A stretch of 62,001 bases of DNA, the filler included, from Sphacelaria rigidula (Eukaryota), in assembly GCA_964200075.2 (NCBI GenBank). It is 11 parts of 11 records of this genome, joined end to end, with 100 filler letters (N's around TTAATTAATTAA, not from the genome) between each part and the next. Parts side by side here need not be neighbours in the genome. Positions count along the whole stretch, not along the records: positions 22,585 to 28,130 come from CAXNAA020026453.1; positions 28,231 to 33,776 come from CAXNAA020026454.1; positions 33,877 to 39,421 come from CAXNAA020026455.1; positions 39,522 to 45,066 come from CAXNAA020026456.1; 7 more parts are not named here. One strand, given 5' to 3'. Under the pieces are notes generated by a model, which made no database searches, was not told the origin of the DNA, and worked only from the letters and a program-made list of their open reading frames with translations. Below are positions 25,679 through 39,538 of the stretch, in pieces (positions within the stretch are counted from its first letter, which is position 1; each line of letters begins with the position of its first letter). Made by a program: the position numbers and the translations under genes.

Positions 25679-26588
25679 CATGTATGGGATTTAGTAAACC
25701 CCCCTCCCCACCCCCCCCCCCTCCGAAAAACTCCAGGATTAATAAAAGGGGCATGGAGTCTCAGATTTCTTTTTGGGCACTCTCGGATGACATTCAAATC
25801 CCATTCAAAGCGGTAAGCGATTCGGAAACCGTTCATCTGTAATATGCAGCATCCTCCTCTCCGTGAGGCAGCACGCGGGGATAAGAGCGCAAATGATTCA
25901 CGTCCGGACCCACAAGCACGCACGCAGTTGAATTGCAAGCCATGGTGTACTTTGTGTTTTGTGGTCGTGGATCACCGTTTGTTTGCTATTGTTTTTGATT
26001 CCAGATGTCGTGCGATGAAACGACAAACCTGGCATATACCCGCAATATCACTTCGAGGTGTAGTGACCACGAGTACTGTATTTGATTGATTGATTGATTA
26101 TCTCACATCAGCTGATTACAACAATCCAGCTCGTAGTCAGGAGCAGAAAAGTACTGCACTGTCGGTACCTGTACTGTTGTCAGGTACAGACCCCAATCCT
26201 ACTGTCATTTCGGTATGTAAGCATCTTTGTTATATACTCACCATACTAAAAATGGTATAAACATAGCCGGTAACGGCAAACTTAGAATAAACTGGAGTCC
26301 TCATCACCAGTTTCAGTGAAACTCCAGTTCCAGTTCAACTGCCAGTACAAACTGGTCCAGTTCACAGCCCTATAAATAACAGACAGTAGGTCGTATTGTA
26401 AAGTGTATTATCCGTGTTCAGTCCCAAACCAAGTATGATTCCTCCAAGGGGCGATAAATACATTGGTCCCACCCCGACTCTGTGTAGACCAAAACACCGC
26501 ATGCAGCACTACAGCTGTCCAGGAACTCTCCAGCGCACATCGCACCGTGATCGTCGTGAACCGTAGATGCACAACAGCACAGCGAAAA

Positions 26589-27992
26589 CTATAGCAAATA
26601 AAATTGTGGGTTTGGGAAGCCCCTTCTTCGTTTGACACGAAACGAAATAGCAAACACACCATGGAGGTGCCAACAGTGTCTAGAGAGTACTGCGTGTTGA
26701 CAGCATTATTTTTCGAAGAGACGTACGCCACGACAGTAATAAAGCGACTCCCGCAGTTAGTCCCAGTGGAGACCAAACCGTCTTCGAAAAGGCCTGGAGA
26801 CACCACAGCGCAGCGACAGCTACAGCACAAGAGACAGCGCATGAGTGTGTTTGTGCTGCAGCACAGTGACACAGGACATGTCCCATGCGATAGGTCTTCC
26901 CCTGATTTCGGATGTGCTTGAATTTGGCCCAGTGGCGGTTTACAAACGCTGGGCCACACTTATTTGCGCTTCGCGCGAAAATAATTTATGTTCACTATGA
27001 GTTATCGCGATCTGTGGGAGGTGAGCCGATATTTACCTGACTGGAGCACAGTCAACAGACAGTACTGGCTGTACACAAGAGCGATTAGCACGAACAACGT
27101 AAAACTGCAGTGTGTCAACACAGCGGCGATTGATTGCTTTTGGACGCCCAAAGCGCTTTCAGAGACATGTGGCTACATACCAAGTTTGCTGATTACTTCT
27201 GAGACTTGAGCAACTCCCGAGGTCACGCCCTTGACAACGAGATACCCTGGCTAACAGCCTGCATCGGAAAAAATAGTGTACTGCGTACCGGAGCAACAGT
27301 CTTTCCGCTCCTGCACTGTACGCAGTACACTTCTATTTACGTAGTCTACAGTCGAGGGTGTGCCATGACCTTGTGGTATGCTTTCCTTCGCCGGCTTTTG
27401 AGGGAGATTGCAAAAAATTAGAACCTGTCTGAAATGAGGGAAAGAACGATCATATGGGACATCAAAGCAGCCAACAGCTGCTACCATCAACCGCTTGGGA
27501 TACAGCAGCTCCGAGCTGGTTCAGTCCGTTGCCCCAAGCTGCAGGCGTCCGTCTTGCGTGTCTTCTCTGATCAAAGCACCCGAGTACAACTGAACTACCA
27601 AAGACCAGCTGCACAGTCGTCACGTAACCGTTTTAACTTTGTGTACAGCACCTTGATTTCACCCCAATTCTGTACACCGAAACATGGCATGCAGTAGTAC
27701 AACTGTTCAGGCCACATCACACCATGTTCGTCGTAGAGTGCTTGATTGCACGAAAGTGCAGCGACAACTACAGCATAGAAATGATGGGTGTAGGAAGCGC
27801 CTTATCCGTTTGACGTAAAACGAAATAGCCAGCACCGACAGTAGTGTGTATACAGCACTGCGTGCCGGCAAACATGATTTCGCTCATTTCTGTCAGGACC
27901 ACGGCAGTGACAGTAAGGCAAATGACGCAGTCAAGCCGAGACCAAACCATCTTCGCAAAGGTCCGAACACACCACAGCACAGTGAACACTAT
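26589..27992. repeat. Old dispersed direct duplication (~230 bp; 26589-26825 and 27768-27992)
   Basis: Collinear shared blocks GGAAGC..CGTTTGAC..AAACGAAATAGC..ACTGCGTG..GAGACCAAACC..TCTTCG..CACCACAGC. Confidence 0.65.
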
Positions 27993-28230
27993 AATCGTAA
28001 GATTCAGAGTGTAACATCAGATTCAGAGTGGGACCCGAAACAATTGACTTTCCCGCCCATTTTGACATCGCCACAGTTCGAGGAGTAATGCACCCAGCTG
28101 GTGAAGCGGTGGCTTCAATGAAAGCTGTCANNNNNNNNNNNNNNNNNNNNNNNNNNNNNNNNNNNNNNNNNNNNTTAATTAATTAANNNNNNNNNNNNNN
28201 NNNNNNNNNNNNNNNNNNNNNNNNNNNNNN

Positions 28231-28335
28231 CATCTATCTCCTAGTGTAGATACCGTCTTCTCCCTACTGCTTAATGGATCAAACGATTGCATACCACCTT
28301 CGTTCACGTCCCGGATGCCGTCCCGTTCGAGTAGG
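28231..28335 (-). mobile_element. Probable LINE ORF2 C-terminal fragment
   Basis: The peptide ERDGIRDVNEGGMQSFDPLSSREKTVSTLGDR runs into the gap. It resembles LINE C-termini by recall only. Confidence 0.4.
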
Positions 28336-29379
28336 GGGGGGGAGGGGTTCATAGGTGTGCGGGTTTTTTTCCTCGTGCACCCCCGACATCCCTTCAAATC
28401 GTGAGACAGTCGCGTACATATCAGGACGCAAACGGCGGTAAAAGGCGAGGGAAGAGAGGACTATGGGGTCACAGTGTGTTTATCGACCCCCATGCTGCGC
28501 TGTTCTCACCTCCAGCTTGTAGCCGAAAGTCTGTGAAGCACCCGTCATGATCTTTTCGGTCGTGTCGCCTGGACCCCGAACCAGCAATCCTCGCGGCGTA
28601 GTGTCCGTGGGCAGCGCGGATGGGAGTAGTGTCGGCCCCACGTACACCTCGCCGCTGATATCATACTGCCGGCAAAGTTGACACATGAGCACACGCGAGG
28701 TCGGGGTCATTGGTGTTAGCTACATCTGGCACATCAGATATAGGCCGCGAGTGATCAAATCCGATCCAGTACCTGCACGTCGGCCAAATACGTGGACCAA
28801 GGATCGCGATACCTCGAGCAAGTATTCGTTTTTTTTCATTTTTTCCCACTGGTTTAGGGCGTTCTATTATGGTAAAGACCATTTTTTACGAGAACGCCAT
28901 GACCTCTACGAAAAAAAAATAATGAAGGCCCATTTTGTTCTTCATTCGGCACAATATTGCAGGCAGGTCGAGGTGTCAACCCAAGTGGAATGAGTGGGCT
29001 CGATGACGGTCGAGGTGTGTTGATATACTGACAAGCAGGTCCTCTTGCAAGTTGCACTGATAATGGTGATGTCTCCTTGGAGCATTTGCAGAATCCGTGC
29101 AGCCTGAGGTGAACACCACCACCCCCCCCGTCGAATCTCACCTCCGGTGTCATGGCCGAGCACGGCGCTGGCATGACGCCACCGGTGGAGACTAGGAGGG
29201 TGTTTTCACCATGTAGAGAAGTCAATCTTTCCATAGCAAAAGGTTGCGTTGAAATCCATTTATGCCGCAAATGAAGCGACGTGACTAGTCTAAAGTTTGA
29301 AAAGAATTAAATCTTTTTCCGCACCAGTATGTGGACCATCTGAACTGCCGTGTACCGCACAAACAGCACGTAGCAACAA

Positions 29380-29621
29380 GACAGAGCACACTACAGCGCA
29401 GCGCATCGCAGCACAGTACAGTTCATCACAGTACAGTAATGTGCAGCACAGCGCAGTACAGTACAATACAGTACAGCAAAGTTCAGTGTAGTACACCGCA
29501 TCGTGCTGCCGGCGAAGTATATACTGTAGTAATAGCTTTGACCTGGACGGCGTTCACAGCAAGAAACAGACAATGCTATAAAATGAGGCTGTAACAGGCA
29601 ATGCTATAAAATGAGGCTGTA
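29380..29621. repeat. (CAGTA/CAGCA)n-like minisatellite and a 28-bp-period tandem duplication (29571-29621)
   Basis: Directly visible; CAATGCTATAAAATGAGGCTGTA occurs twice. Confidence 0.8.
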
Positions 29622-30651
29622 CGATGGAATAAGGTTCAAGCCCAAAACAATGTTTTCCCCACACTTTCAGCGATGGTGCCTCGTGACGTTTTTGCCGGCC
29701 TAATGCCCACTGATCGCGTTGATACTTCTCCAGCGCATTTGACCGGCTCTGTGAACTTACGGCGCTGATCGCAACCGTCCTTTTCCCTGATTTTTTCAGG
29801 GGGGGTGATATGAGGGGGAATCGCCTGTTTCGAAGAAAACGCTATATACTTATGTATATATAGTACAGGTGTGCATTGTAGCAATGTGATTGAGATGTTT
29901 CTACACCACTTCCTGCAAACAGCGGGGTCGTAATAATTCTACGGCTCGCGTTGTACACGAGCGAATGTCCAACTCGCACTTGGTGTCTGTCCCGAGCAGG
30001 AGAAGGAGTTCAAGTTAGTGATCTGACACCCGGAATCAAATAAATAACGTCTGGCGTGGATCGAGATTTCCGGCGTTCATGTAGACATGGATTTCGACTT
30101 CTCAAAATGGTACTTCAGTATCACGATAGGACGCCGCGACCGCTATATACGACAGCAAACATGTACCTCCGTCGCCACAGGAGACGAGAACATGAGAACG
30201 ACAGGGTAGATGACACGGTCGATCAGAAGTGTTGGTGTTCAACTCCCCACCCGGCCACCCCCCCTGCACATACCCTCGCGGCAGATGTGGAGGATCCCCA
30301 GGGCTAACTCATGGGATGCGACGTCCGGGCGCCTGCTGAGACGCCACCCGGGGCAGTCCGAGCGTCATATACGACACCAGAACCGATCCCGAGGTGAGGG
30401 CATCTTCAATTCGCTATTGTGGTAACCCTGCGAGCTATCAGAGGTTAGGATCGCACGCTCCACGCTGCTTTTTTTCAGGTGATGACTGTAGCTTTCGAAC
30501 CAAACAGAGGACGTGAGCATGCGTGGGTAATATATATATGTATATATACTTCGTATGTGCACAAGAACCCCCGACTCTGACTCTCGAAACGTTAAATATA
30601 GCACAAAACTAAATTCTTGCACACGTACGCCTTATTGCATGTCATGCGAGC

Positions 30652-32977
30652 AGGTGGTGAAACCCTCGCGTATGTCCGGCTGCCGTCCCACCCGGCACAT
30701 GCCACAAATGTGGTTGACAACAGTTCTCCGCCGGCAGACGTAGAATCTGCAGCGCCGATGTCAAATATGAGGGCAATTACTGGCGGCCACGTTGGCGACG
30801 AAGACACAGTAGTAGAGGAGCCCAGTCCCCAATCGTATGGAAAACACAGGGCGGTTGCACTGTTCTGTGACTCTGGGGCGCCAGTCACGGTCGTCAATGG
30901 TGCAGTCATACAAACCAAGGGGGCGGTAGGTGGCGGCGACGACCGACCGCGCTCGCAGAGTGAAGAACTAGAGAGGCTTTCGCCGAGGGAAGGCCCGACG
31001 TACACAGTCTCTAGTACCTGCGTGCCGGAGGTGAACACACGGGATCTGTCGACATCCACTGCGGCGACGACACTCCTCCACGAAGTGGGCACCACAACTC
31101 GCGAAGGCCGAAAAACTGTCGCCAGGATACCGTGTGAGGTGGGGGTTTCTACTCCATCTTCCAAGACAAATAAAAGACGCGCCCCGCCTGGGTCCGGTAG
31201 AGGCACACCCCCGCATGCCCACGTATCGGCGTCAAGACGGAAGAGGAACATTGATCAACCACCCGGATGTGAGTAGCGCATGGGGAACATAGACTGAGCA
31301 GCAGGAGGCTGCATTGCAGCACAGGGATCGGGCAAAGAAACAGGCGCTGAAGGCACTACATTCTCCCGGGGTGGCTACGACACCCGTCTCCCCATACAAC
31401 GCATCACTGGACCCTCCACTTGGGTTGCCGGACGACTTTTCAACGCCCTCGAGACACCACAACAAGCGACCCAGCTCGCCGTGCTCTTTTAAACCAACAC
31501 CGTCCAACGCTTCGAGATCAAGATCGAAGCAAAAAACAAAAAGAGGGCTGCTGGTGCACCTGCGCCTGCCCTCGCCCCAGGAACGTGTCCAGACGTCGGC
31601 AGCGCATCTGCGGTGGGGCGTGCAGATGAGTGGGTTACATCCATGCCACGTGACTGGGGCTAGCGGCGATGTCATGAAGGGTCGGGGGAAGCAAACCTCA
31701 CCCGCCAATGGTCGTTGTGGTAGGCATCGACGACACGGTAAACGAACGAGGACAACGACGCGACGCAGTGGTGCATAAGGGCATCCCGAAAGTCGTGATC
31801 GGTGTGTGATGGAGCAATCGGCGCCAAGTCAATCGCAAGCCGTTAGTGGAAGCAGCCGTCGTGGACGACCGAAGCGCGCCTGTGGTCGCGATGAGTGCGG
31901 CATCACGTACCCTCTCGTCGAAGGCCAGTGGTATACGTGCCCATCTTGTGATCAAACACACGACCCTACATCGCGGCTATGCGTGGCGTGCCATCAACCG
32001 GGGCCCGGCGAAGGGAAAATATGGCATCATCTCGGTCCCGTGCGGGTTGCAGAGACGGAGATATTCCTCCAGTGTGTGAATGGCAGTAGCGCGCGCCCCG
32101 CTGCGCTTGTACGGAGCTACTAACCTAGTTCCGATTGCTTGTGCAGCCGACGTGATTGCTTCCTGCCCTCCTTCGAGCGCTACAGACGCGACAGCAATAG
32201 GCAAAGAACCGAGTCCACTCGTGCGCGTTGTCCCACACCTCCAACGGCAGACCTCACTCCTGCTCCTACCCCCTCAGCTGCGGTTGCCAGGGTCGCTGCT
32301 TCCTGCCCCCGCCCCCTTCACGAGCGGCCGCCGCCAATCCCGCTGAGGAAACCGGCGACGGACATAGCGGTGCACGCGGCCGATCGCGAGACGGGAGAAG
32401 CCGATCAACATCGAAGCATGCAAGGGGCGGGTCGACTGCATCACGTGGAATGGGGGCGGCATCTCGAGCAAACACCGCACCAGGGACACCTGTTGATGCG
32501 ACTGATGGTGAGGAGCCTCGCTGTCGCGGCGCCGGGAGGGAGGTAGTGGGGGGAGCGCAGTCGGGACCAGATCCGATCAGTGAAATCGACGGAGTAGACG
32601 GCCGGGCACGCGGCCGATCTCGCAAGGGGAAAGGCCGGTCAACAGTGAAGCATGCAAGGGGCGAGTCGGATGCATCCCGCGGAAGGGGCGCGGCAAGTGG
32701 AGCGAGCAACGCGCCAGGGGCACCTGTTGATATGACCGATGGTGAGGGGCGTTACGGGCACGGCGGCGGGAGGCAGGGGGTAGGGGGGGCGCATCCAGGA
32801 GAAGAGCCAATCAATGCCAACTTTTGCGACGGCGGATCAGATAAACCCGCCGGACACGAGTCGAACTTTGCAGCCGGGATCTGGATCGGAGATTCGGATT
32901 CAGATTGCAGCGGGTCCGAGAGAGAGGACTCGGCAACGGGAGCGGGCGATGACAATGAGGAAGATTTTGCATTCTGA
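30652..32977 (+). pseudogene. Decayed long low-complexity coding region with a RanBP2-like C4 zinc finger, a 78-aa internal duplication and an acidic tail
   Basis: Chain of GC-rich + strand ORFs (30617, 31314, 31806, 32139, 32228). WYTCPSC-x10-CVAC near 31930. A 234-nt-period repeat starts at 32372 and 32606. The region ends in DDNEEDFAF*. Confidence 0.55.
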
Positions 32978-34799
32978 TTTCAGTCTGTGGATAATATTGG
33001 GGTTGTTCTGTCTGTGGATAGATTGCGCAAACGTTCCTGTACAATTCAAGGTTGTTTTTTTCCAGGCTGCAGTCGTGGGCTGTGTATCATGTACATGGCG
33101 ATGATGGTTCGTGCTTGTGCGGTGCACCGTGGGGTGCAAAAGTGTATGGGGAGTGATCTGGCTTCGCCCGTCAGCAAGTCGCCTGTGGTGCATCAGGCTA
33201 TATAGTAATGTGAATCAAGTGCATGTCTCAACGCAACACAACTAATCGGCGACGACACTATGGTATGCCAGTGAACATTTCGACTTACCGTGCAGCACTA
33301 CCAACGCTCGCGCCTCAACGCTATGGTGTTCGTGCAAGGAGAGAACCGCCGGGGATCATCCGTATCACTACTGTGTTGAACCGTTGGACGAAAAATATAG
33401 GGTGGTGTTCTTCGTCACACTCTCGGCGATATCCCTGATCCTGCACCATCTACACCGAACCGGAGGGTCGTGTCACCACTGGTCTTGCGCATCATACATC
33501 GGGTCGGTTTTCGGAACGTTTGGTTTAAACCGCTTCTTATGGCAAACACAACGTGTTGGCGACTGTTTTTTCCATTTATTTCTTAGTTTTGGGCGTAGAT
33601 GATGGCTGGGCGGATGTTGCCTCCTCGGTATGCCTTGCGTTCATCCTCAGAAAATCTGTCGCGTCACATAAACGTTTTCAGGCGCTTGTGTCTTGTTTGT
33701 TTTGCTGAAAACAGCCAATCATCTATGTTGAGGATGGTGCTTTTCATTGAGGATGAGAACCCGGAGGATTAAAATCNNNNNNNNNNNNNNNNNNNNNNNN
33801 NNNNNNNNNNNNNNNNNNNNTTAATTAATTAANNNNNNNNNNNNNNNNNNNNNNNNNNNNNNNNNNNNNNNNNNNNAATGGACACAATCCCGGGGAGCGG
33901 TGGATTCTCATTTCAAAATACGTTCTCATTTTTCTGGCAACCCTGTTATAGTACAAAATCAAGATCCTCAGATGACCTTTACTTTACTCCCATCTTGCAG
34001 TACAGTGTGCGCATCATCAAATGCACTTGCCCTATTTCTGAAATCCTCGATACCTCAATCTTTCGAACAGAGAAGCAGAGAAAAATTATTTCGAAGAGTA
34101 TGCAACTCATACATCGCGATCCGGCGGAGTAATAATTCTCGACACATACTCTCAATCATCCAAAATTCTACTTAGCGAACCGGCAGAGCGAATTTTTGCT
34201 CAACTGTTTTCAACATGCGCAATCAAAAGCACAACATGACATCGCACCCTGTCTCCCCCCCCTCATGTTTTGCTTTCAAACGGTCTGCGTCTCTCTCCTG
34301 CCCCCCTCGTTTCGGGCCACGGCACTGCGGGCGTCTGCATCGTGGAGCGTTGTTTGCTCTCTCCACCGATGTCCACCGAGAGATCAATGCAGAGGGGGGG
34401 TTGTGCTCGTTGCCGGTTCGCGCCACTCAACATTAGCTTGCAACCTATCGCAGGAGAAATAATATCAAATATCGAGCCTCACAGGGAATTGAGGCTCGAC
34501 GCGACACAGTGACAATTTGGGGAAATATCCAGAATCGTGTTAGTTGTGATATAGATGGAGCGTGACCCTAGGTTCAACGCCTTCCTAACTATGATCAGTG
34601 TGCTGCAGGCTTGAGTAGGTACACAACGCACCAGGTGTCCGAGTAAAGCAAGCCGCAAATGCACACGTGCAGGTTTCCGTGATCGTTGGTCACAGTAGCA
34701 ACAACAAAAGGAGCTCAAAGGCTCGATATCTTTTTAACTCTCACTGATTATCCCCGTGATGGCCCAGCACACTGTTCTCACCAGTGGTAAACAGTAGGA

Positions 34800-37200
34800 G
34801 CAGATGGTCCGGCTCAAAGGATGGCTCAAGAGTGGGCAAGGATGCATGGGTACATGCGACGCAACCTATCTAAATTCGGCCCGAGAAGGCGTTTGCCTCC
34901 TCGGGGTCAGGGCATTTCAGCCTGCACACTAATCTTCCCAAGAGTACAGCCTGTACATCCCGTTTTCCCAGAACTTCGGAAGCATTCCCGTGGCTGGATC
35001 GAATGATCTGTGAGCCAACCTGCCCCAAAACTGTCTGGAGGAACAAATAACGCCTCTCTATCTTCCTTCCTCATGACATTAGTCACCAGATCTCATCAAT
35101 ATCGTAATATCTCAATACACCGAACGTTATAATTGAGCAGTATATATATATATATATATTTCCACAAACATTCACATCGCAACAAGTCATCTGTATCTCA
35201 CGCATCCCTGCTTCCAGTTACACACTTGTTTATCCATGTTGTGTGAATATGCCCGCGCGCGTTTTGGTCAGTTCACCAGGTTACAACTCCGGCCAACCAA
35301 GAATAATTTGCGCTCTACACTCTTGTTTTGGCATGCCGTGCCAGCATGTCTTCCACCGCCCATGATCCCAGTGCCATCAATATATATATGTATATATATA
35401 TATATATCTTGACCACCAATCACGTAGGGTGAAAAATGAGCATTTCTTCTTTCATCGTGTCATGCAATAGTTCCTGTTGTTCACCTCATGATACTAGGTC
35501 TGCTAGCTCATAGCCTCGTAACTACATCCAAAACTGGTTCAAGGTAGCATTTCTTATTTTTCATGTCATGCGTAACATGTCTTTTGTTCATACCTACCAC
35601 ATACGGAATACGTGATGTGTACCCAGTCTGTACCCCACAAGGCACCGGTAACTACTGTTCCTTTTCAAACAGCCCCCCCCCCAGTTCATTAACTGTCAAT
35701 GCCACAACCCGTGACCAAACACACTTTGAACCCTCTCGTGTTTCCACCATTTGGGAATCGAGATCGAGGGGCAGTCCAGCAAATTCACGAGGAGAAGTGC
35801 CACTCTCTACTCTGTGAAAATAAAGGACCAAGCAGTATCATCAAACCAAGATTGGCTCTACGGAGTATATGTCTTGGGATTCAACTGGTCGTCATCACTC
35901 ACATGTACACTTCTGCACGTCACTGAGATGACTAAATGTCGTATCGCCTGTACAATCAAGCCAGGGGTATGTATATCGTCCTACCCGTACTACACCTATT
36001 GAAACGATCTTCATAATTTGTCACCAATCATGCTGGCTGGGAACGGTGCCCCGTCCCCCACACCCCACAGGTGACGAAAAAAAATGGAATACATTGGACT
36101 GGGTCGGCTCTTCATGTAAATATGACTCCAGCGCTAAATATATATATATATAGGTTTATCCGCAGATAACCAAGTACCGAAGATACATTTCGCCATCAAC
36201 CGTATCAAGTCTGGGACACATTCGCCCTACACCCCGAGGGAGGGCGCATCGTGCAAAACTCCCTATGCAATCCGATACCTACCCGTTTACCAAGCAAGCT
36301 AGGGAAGATCTACCTGGACTTGAAGGGGAAAGCGTATAGTGTACCACCTGGCGTTGAGAGAAGTACATCCCTGTTGAAAAGGGCCTCCACGCCGGTCACA
36401 GACCGAGATAATTATGTAATCGAGTCATCCACCCGATATGACAACAAGCATATTTCATCGTCGACCTGCAAAGTTAGTGAAATTCAACCTACACTCCAAG
36501 GGAGGGTGGATCGTGCACATACAGTCAAGATACCTACCCATCGACCGACCAAGTGAGCAAAATTCAGCCGACACTTTCAGGGATGATGGAAGGTGCAACT
36601 CACTAACGTTGAGATCGGTATATCCCTGTAAAAAGGTCTCAACGCCGGCCAAGGTCATCCGCCTACCGTAATCAGCCTGACAGTATTTCATGTTTCACAA
36701 CACACTTGAGGTTCTTGCACGCATTCTTTTTATTACCATCATACATCGTCGTACAACTCCGTCTAATTTTACGTGTTGGCCCAGCTATTTTGTCACAAAC
36801 AACAGCAGAACGGAATGCACCAACCATCCCCTCGAGGAACTTCGTCCCACCGAGATGGGAAAAACATACCCGGCAGATTTTCACTCAAACAGTCGCTTCA
36901 GCTCAAATCCTCTGACATCTCACACTCCTGTTGAAACATCAAAAACATACTACAGCGCAACAAGTCATGTCACCATATCCGTCTGGAACACACTGATCAG
37001 CAGCCACCTGCAGACACACTTACCGCCACCATCACGTTTCATCCCCATGATTGTAATGTAACAGTCTGGCTCCACCCACATAATCAAAACCCATCACTAC
37101 GGATACTGTACTGAAGTCCCGGGAACTAAAAACGCCTTGCAAAACAAGAAATCCCCGCGGTACCACCCCATTCGGTGTAGTACTCACGTTTGGGACATAT
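34800..37200 (-). pseudogene. Heavily decayed intronless coding-like tract of unknown origin
   Basis: Consistent strand skew and protein-like fragments in alternating minus frames (e.g. FDPATGMLPKFWENGMYRLYSW, LAGVETFLQGYTDLNVSELHLP), broken by stops and (TA)n. Confidence 0.3.
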
Positions 37201-37405
37201 GCCCCCGATNNNNNNNNNNTCGATGAATCTTCTTGACCCCTTCTCCGTGCACAAGGTAGACGGTGCGCGCCCCCTGCACAGTGTTGCAGCTGAGTGGTGA
37301 CGTCGTTACCGCAGGACACGTCTCCCACAGCCGCAGTGGGTAGCTCAGGATTAAAGCTCTCTCCCCAGAGCTAGCCTGAACTGGTCTTTCGACCGAGCTG
37401 CGCCC

Positions 37406-37861
37406 GGACGTAAGACGGGATCTTACAAGTTGGGGATGGATCTTTTATTGGGGATGAGACATCCGGAGAATTAAAATCTTCGTATCCACACCAAATCTTC
37501 GAAACATGGTTTCATTTTTTCACCTACTAATAGCTATTGACAATTTCTACACGCCATTGAAATTTGGATTTCGATAACCGAAACCTTGGGGTCCTGGGTG
37601 AAAAACCAATTTTGGGGAATTCCAGGTGTCCGAACGGACGCCAAAATGATTCCGAAATTGGTTTTCGACCTAGAACCCTAACTTTTCGGTGGTCGAAATC
37701 CAAATTTCTACGGCGTGTAGCGGTTATCAATAGCTATCAGTAGGTGAAGAAATGGAACCATTTTTCGAATATTTGGTGTGGATACAAAGATTTTAATTCT
37801 ACGGGTTTCTCATCCCCAGTAAAAGATCCATCCCCAATTTATAAGATCCCGTATTACGTCC
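37406..37861. mobile_element. ~456-bp foldback (palindromic) MITE
   Basis: Arms of ~220 bp pair end to end (GGACGTAAGACGGGATCTTA / TAAGATCCCGTATTACGTCC) with the centre near 37635. A related arm fragment lies at 33728-33776. Confidence 0.88.
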
Positions 37862-38399
37862 CAAATCCCGAGCGCGTGGTGAGGTGCGTCTCACCACCTG
37901 ACTTCTTCTCCCCGCCCGCGGGCAGTGCCTCGTGCACTAATCGGGACATCGCTGCCTTTGCTTCATACAAATTGACTCTAAAGTCCGTGTCGTCCCCGGT
38001 CGCTGTTGGGGGTATGACCACGTCCCTTGGTCCTGCCATCTTGGTCGAATGTTAGGACCACAAACAGTTGGCAAATCAAATGGACTCTCTAGAGTGTTCC
38101 TTGATGCGTGATTCGTAAGCAGGGACAGCTAGACACGACTCATGAAGTCGATCAAAGGACACGGCTGAGCCGATCATGTTGTTGTAGAAGAGTAGTATTT
38201 CATAGCTTGACTAAGCAAGTCAAGGAAGGAAAACAAGGAAGAGAACAAAGTGAACTCGTGTGGCTACCCAACACCGTGGTAAGCGGAGTTCCCAGACATT
38301 GCGTACGTGAATACAAGACATACGACTACTATGGTATCAAATCCTACCGCATGTAACTGTCACAACCCGTGAAGACGGATACCTTTGTACCGTGGCTGA

Positions 38400-38720
38400 T
38401 CAGTACTCTAAACCTCTGCTGTACATCGTTCACCCTAGTCTTCGGTTCTGGGGGCATATAGATTTTCCCTGCGAAGAAGTCCCTCTTTCCCCGCTCTTCT
38501 GGTACCCTTATCCATACGCCCTTGTCGAATCTTGTGTCTTCGATCACTTCTATAGTGTCACACAGGTATTCCTTGACCAAGAATCCTACTCCCCCCGCGC
38601 CCCTGCTCTTGGAGTTATGCCCCTTCCGCTTTTTCCCTATCCATGCGTGTAATCTTCAACTTGCATCCTATTTCCGCCCTCTCTTTCTCCCATGACTCGT
38701 GGATATCTCTATCCTTTCCC
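38400..38720 (-). mobile_element. LINE apurinic-like endonuclease N-terminal fragment
   Basis: ESWEKE..WIGKKR..RGAGGVGFLVKEYL..VWIRV..IYMPP. Confidence 0.75.
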
Positions 38721-38999
38721 ACTCCTAGCTAGCGCTCTGTTTTAGCGTGACTCGGAAGTATTTTCCCTCCCTTTCTACTTTCCTCCCGCCAAATAGTATA
38801 GTCCAACTGCATTGCATTTCATTTTCAACTCTTGTCTTGTCACATCGCTGCGAACTCCGAGTACCAGCACTACTAGTACTTTACCCGTCCACTGTTTACT
38901 TCTCCGTACGCCCTCCCTTACCGCCTCTCTCTCGATCTCTTTCGAGAGAGTCTCCAGCTTAATCGCGTCGATTGTATTGGTGGGATGTAGTCAACGTAC

Positions 39000-39098
39000 T
39001 TTTATTATATTCCTATTTTTTTATTCGTCGCACTTCGAACCCCTCCCCTGCCTCGGGATGAGTCCGTGGTCTCAAGGGATCAATCCATCTCTCCCCGG
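39000..39098 (-). repeat. A-tailed repeat family copy
   Basis: GTCGCACTTCGAACCCCTCCCCTGCCTCGGGATGAGTCCGTGGTCTCAAGGGATCAATCCATCTCTCCCCGG. Confidence 0.75.
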
Positions 39099-39538
39099 TG
39101 TGATGTGTAAAGGGGGTGAAGGCACCTTGAGGGGGTTATTATAATGGTGTTCACTCCGAGATTGTTCCAGGTTCAGACCTCTGCGTACGTTGTTTGGTCA
39201 CTCAGTTCAGCAACGCAGGCTGATCCCAGTTGTTTCACAAAGGAGACAACGAGCAAATAATACAGACCAGAATAGCACACTTTTATCCAGCAGTCGATTG
39301 TATCCGAGCTTCATCTACAGCTCAATTAATGCACGCATTTGTAAAACAAACCGAAACAGGCCTAAGCTTTGATCAATAAAATACACCAGACAATAACAGC
39401 AGCCAGACTACTGCTGTTTATNNNNNNNNNNNNNNNNNNNNNNNNNNNNNNNNNNNNNNNNNNNNTTAATTAATTAANNNNNNNNNNNNNNNNNNNNNNN
39501 NNNNNNNNNNNNNNNNNNNNNGTATCGTAGAAAGTGTC

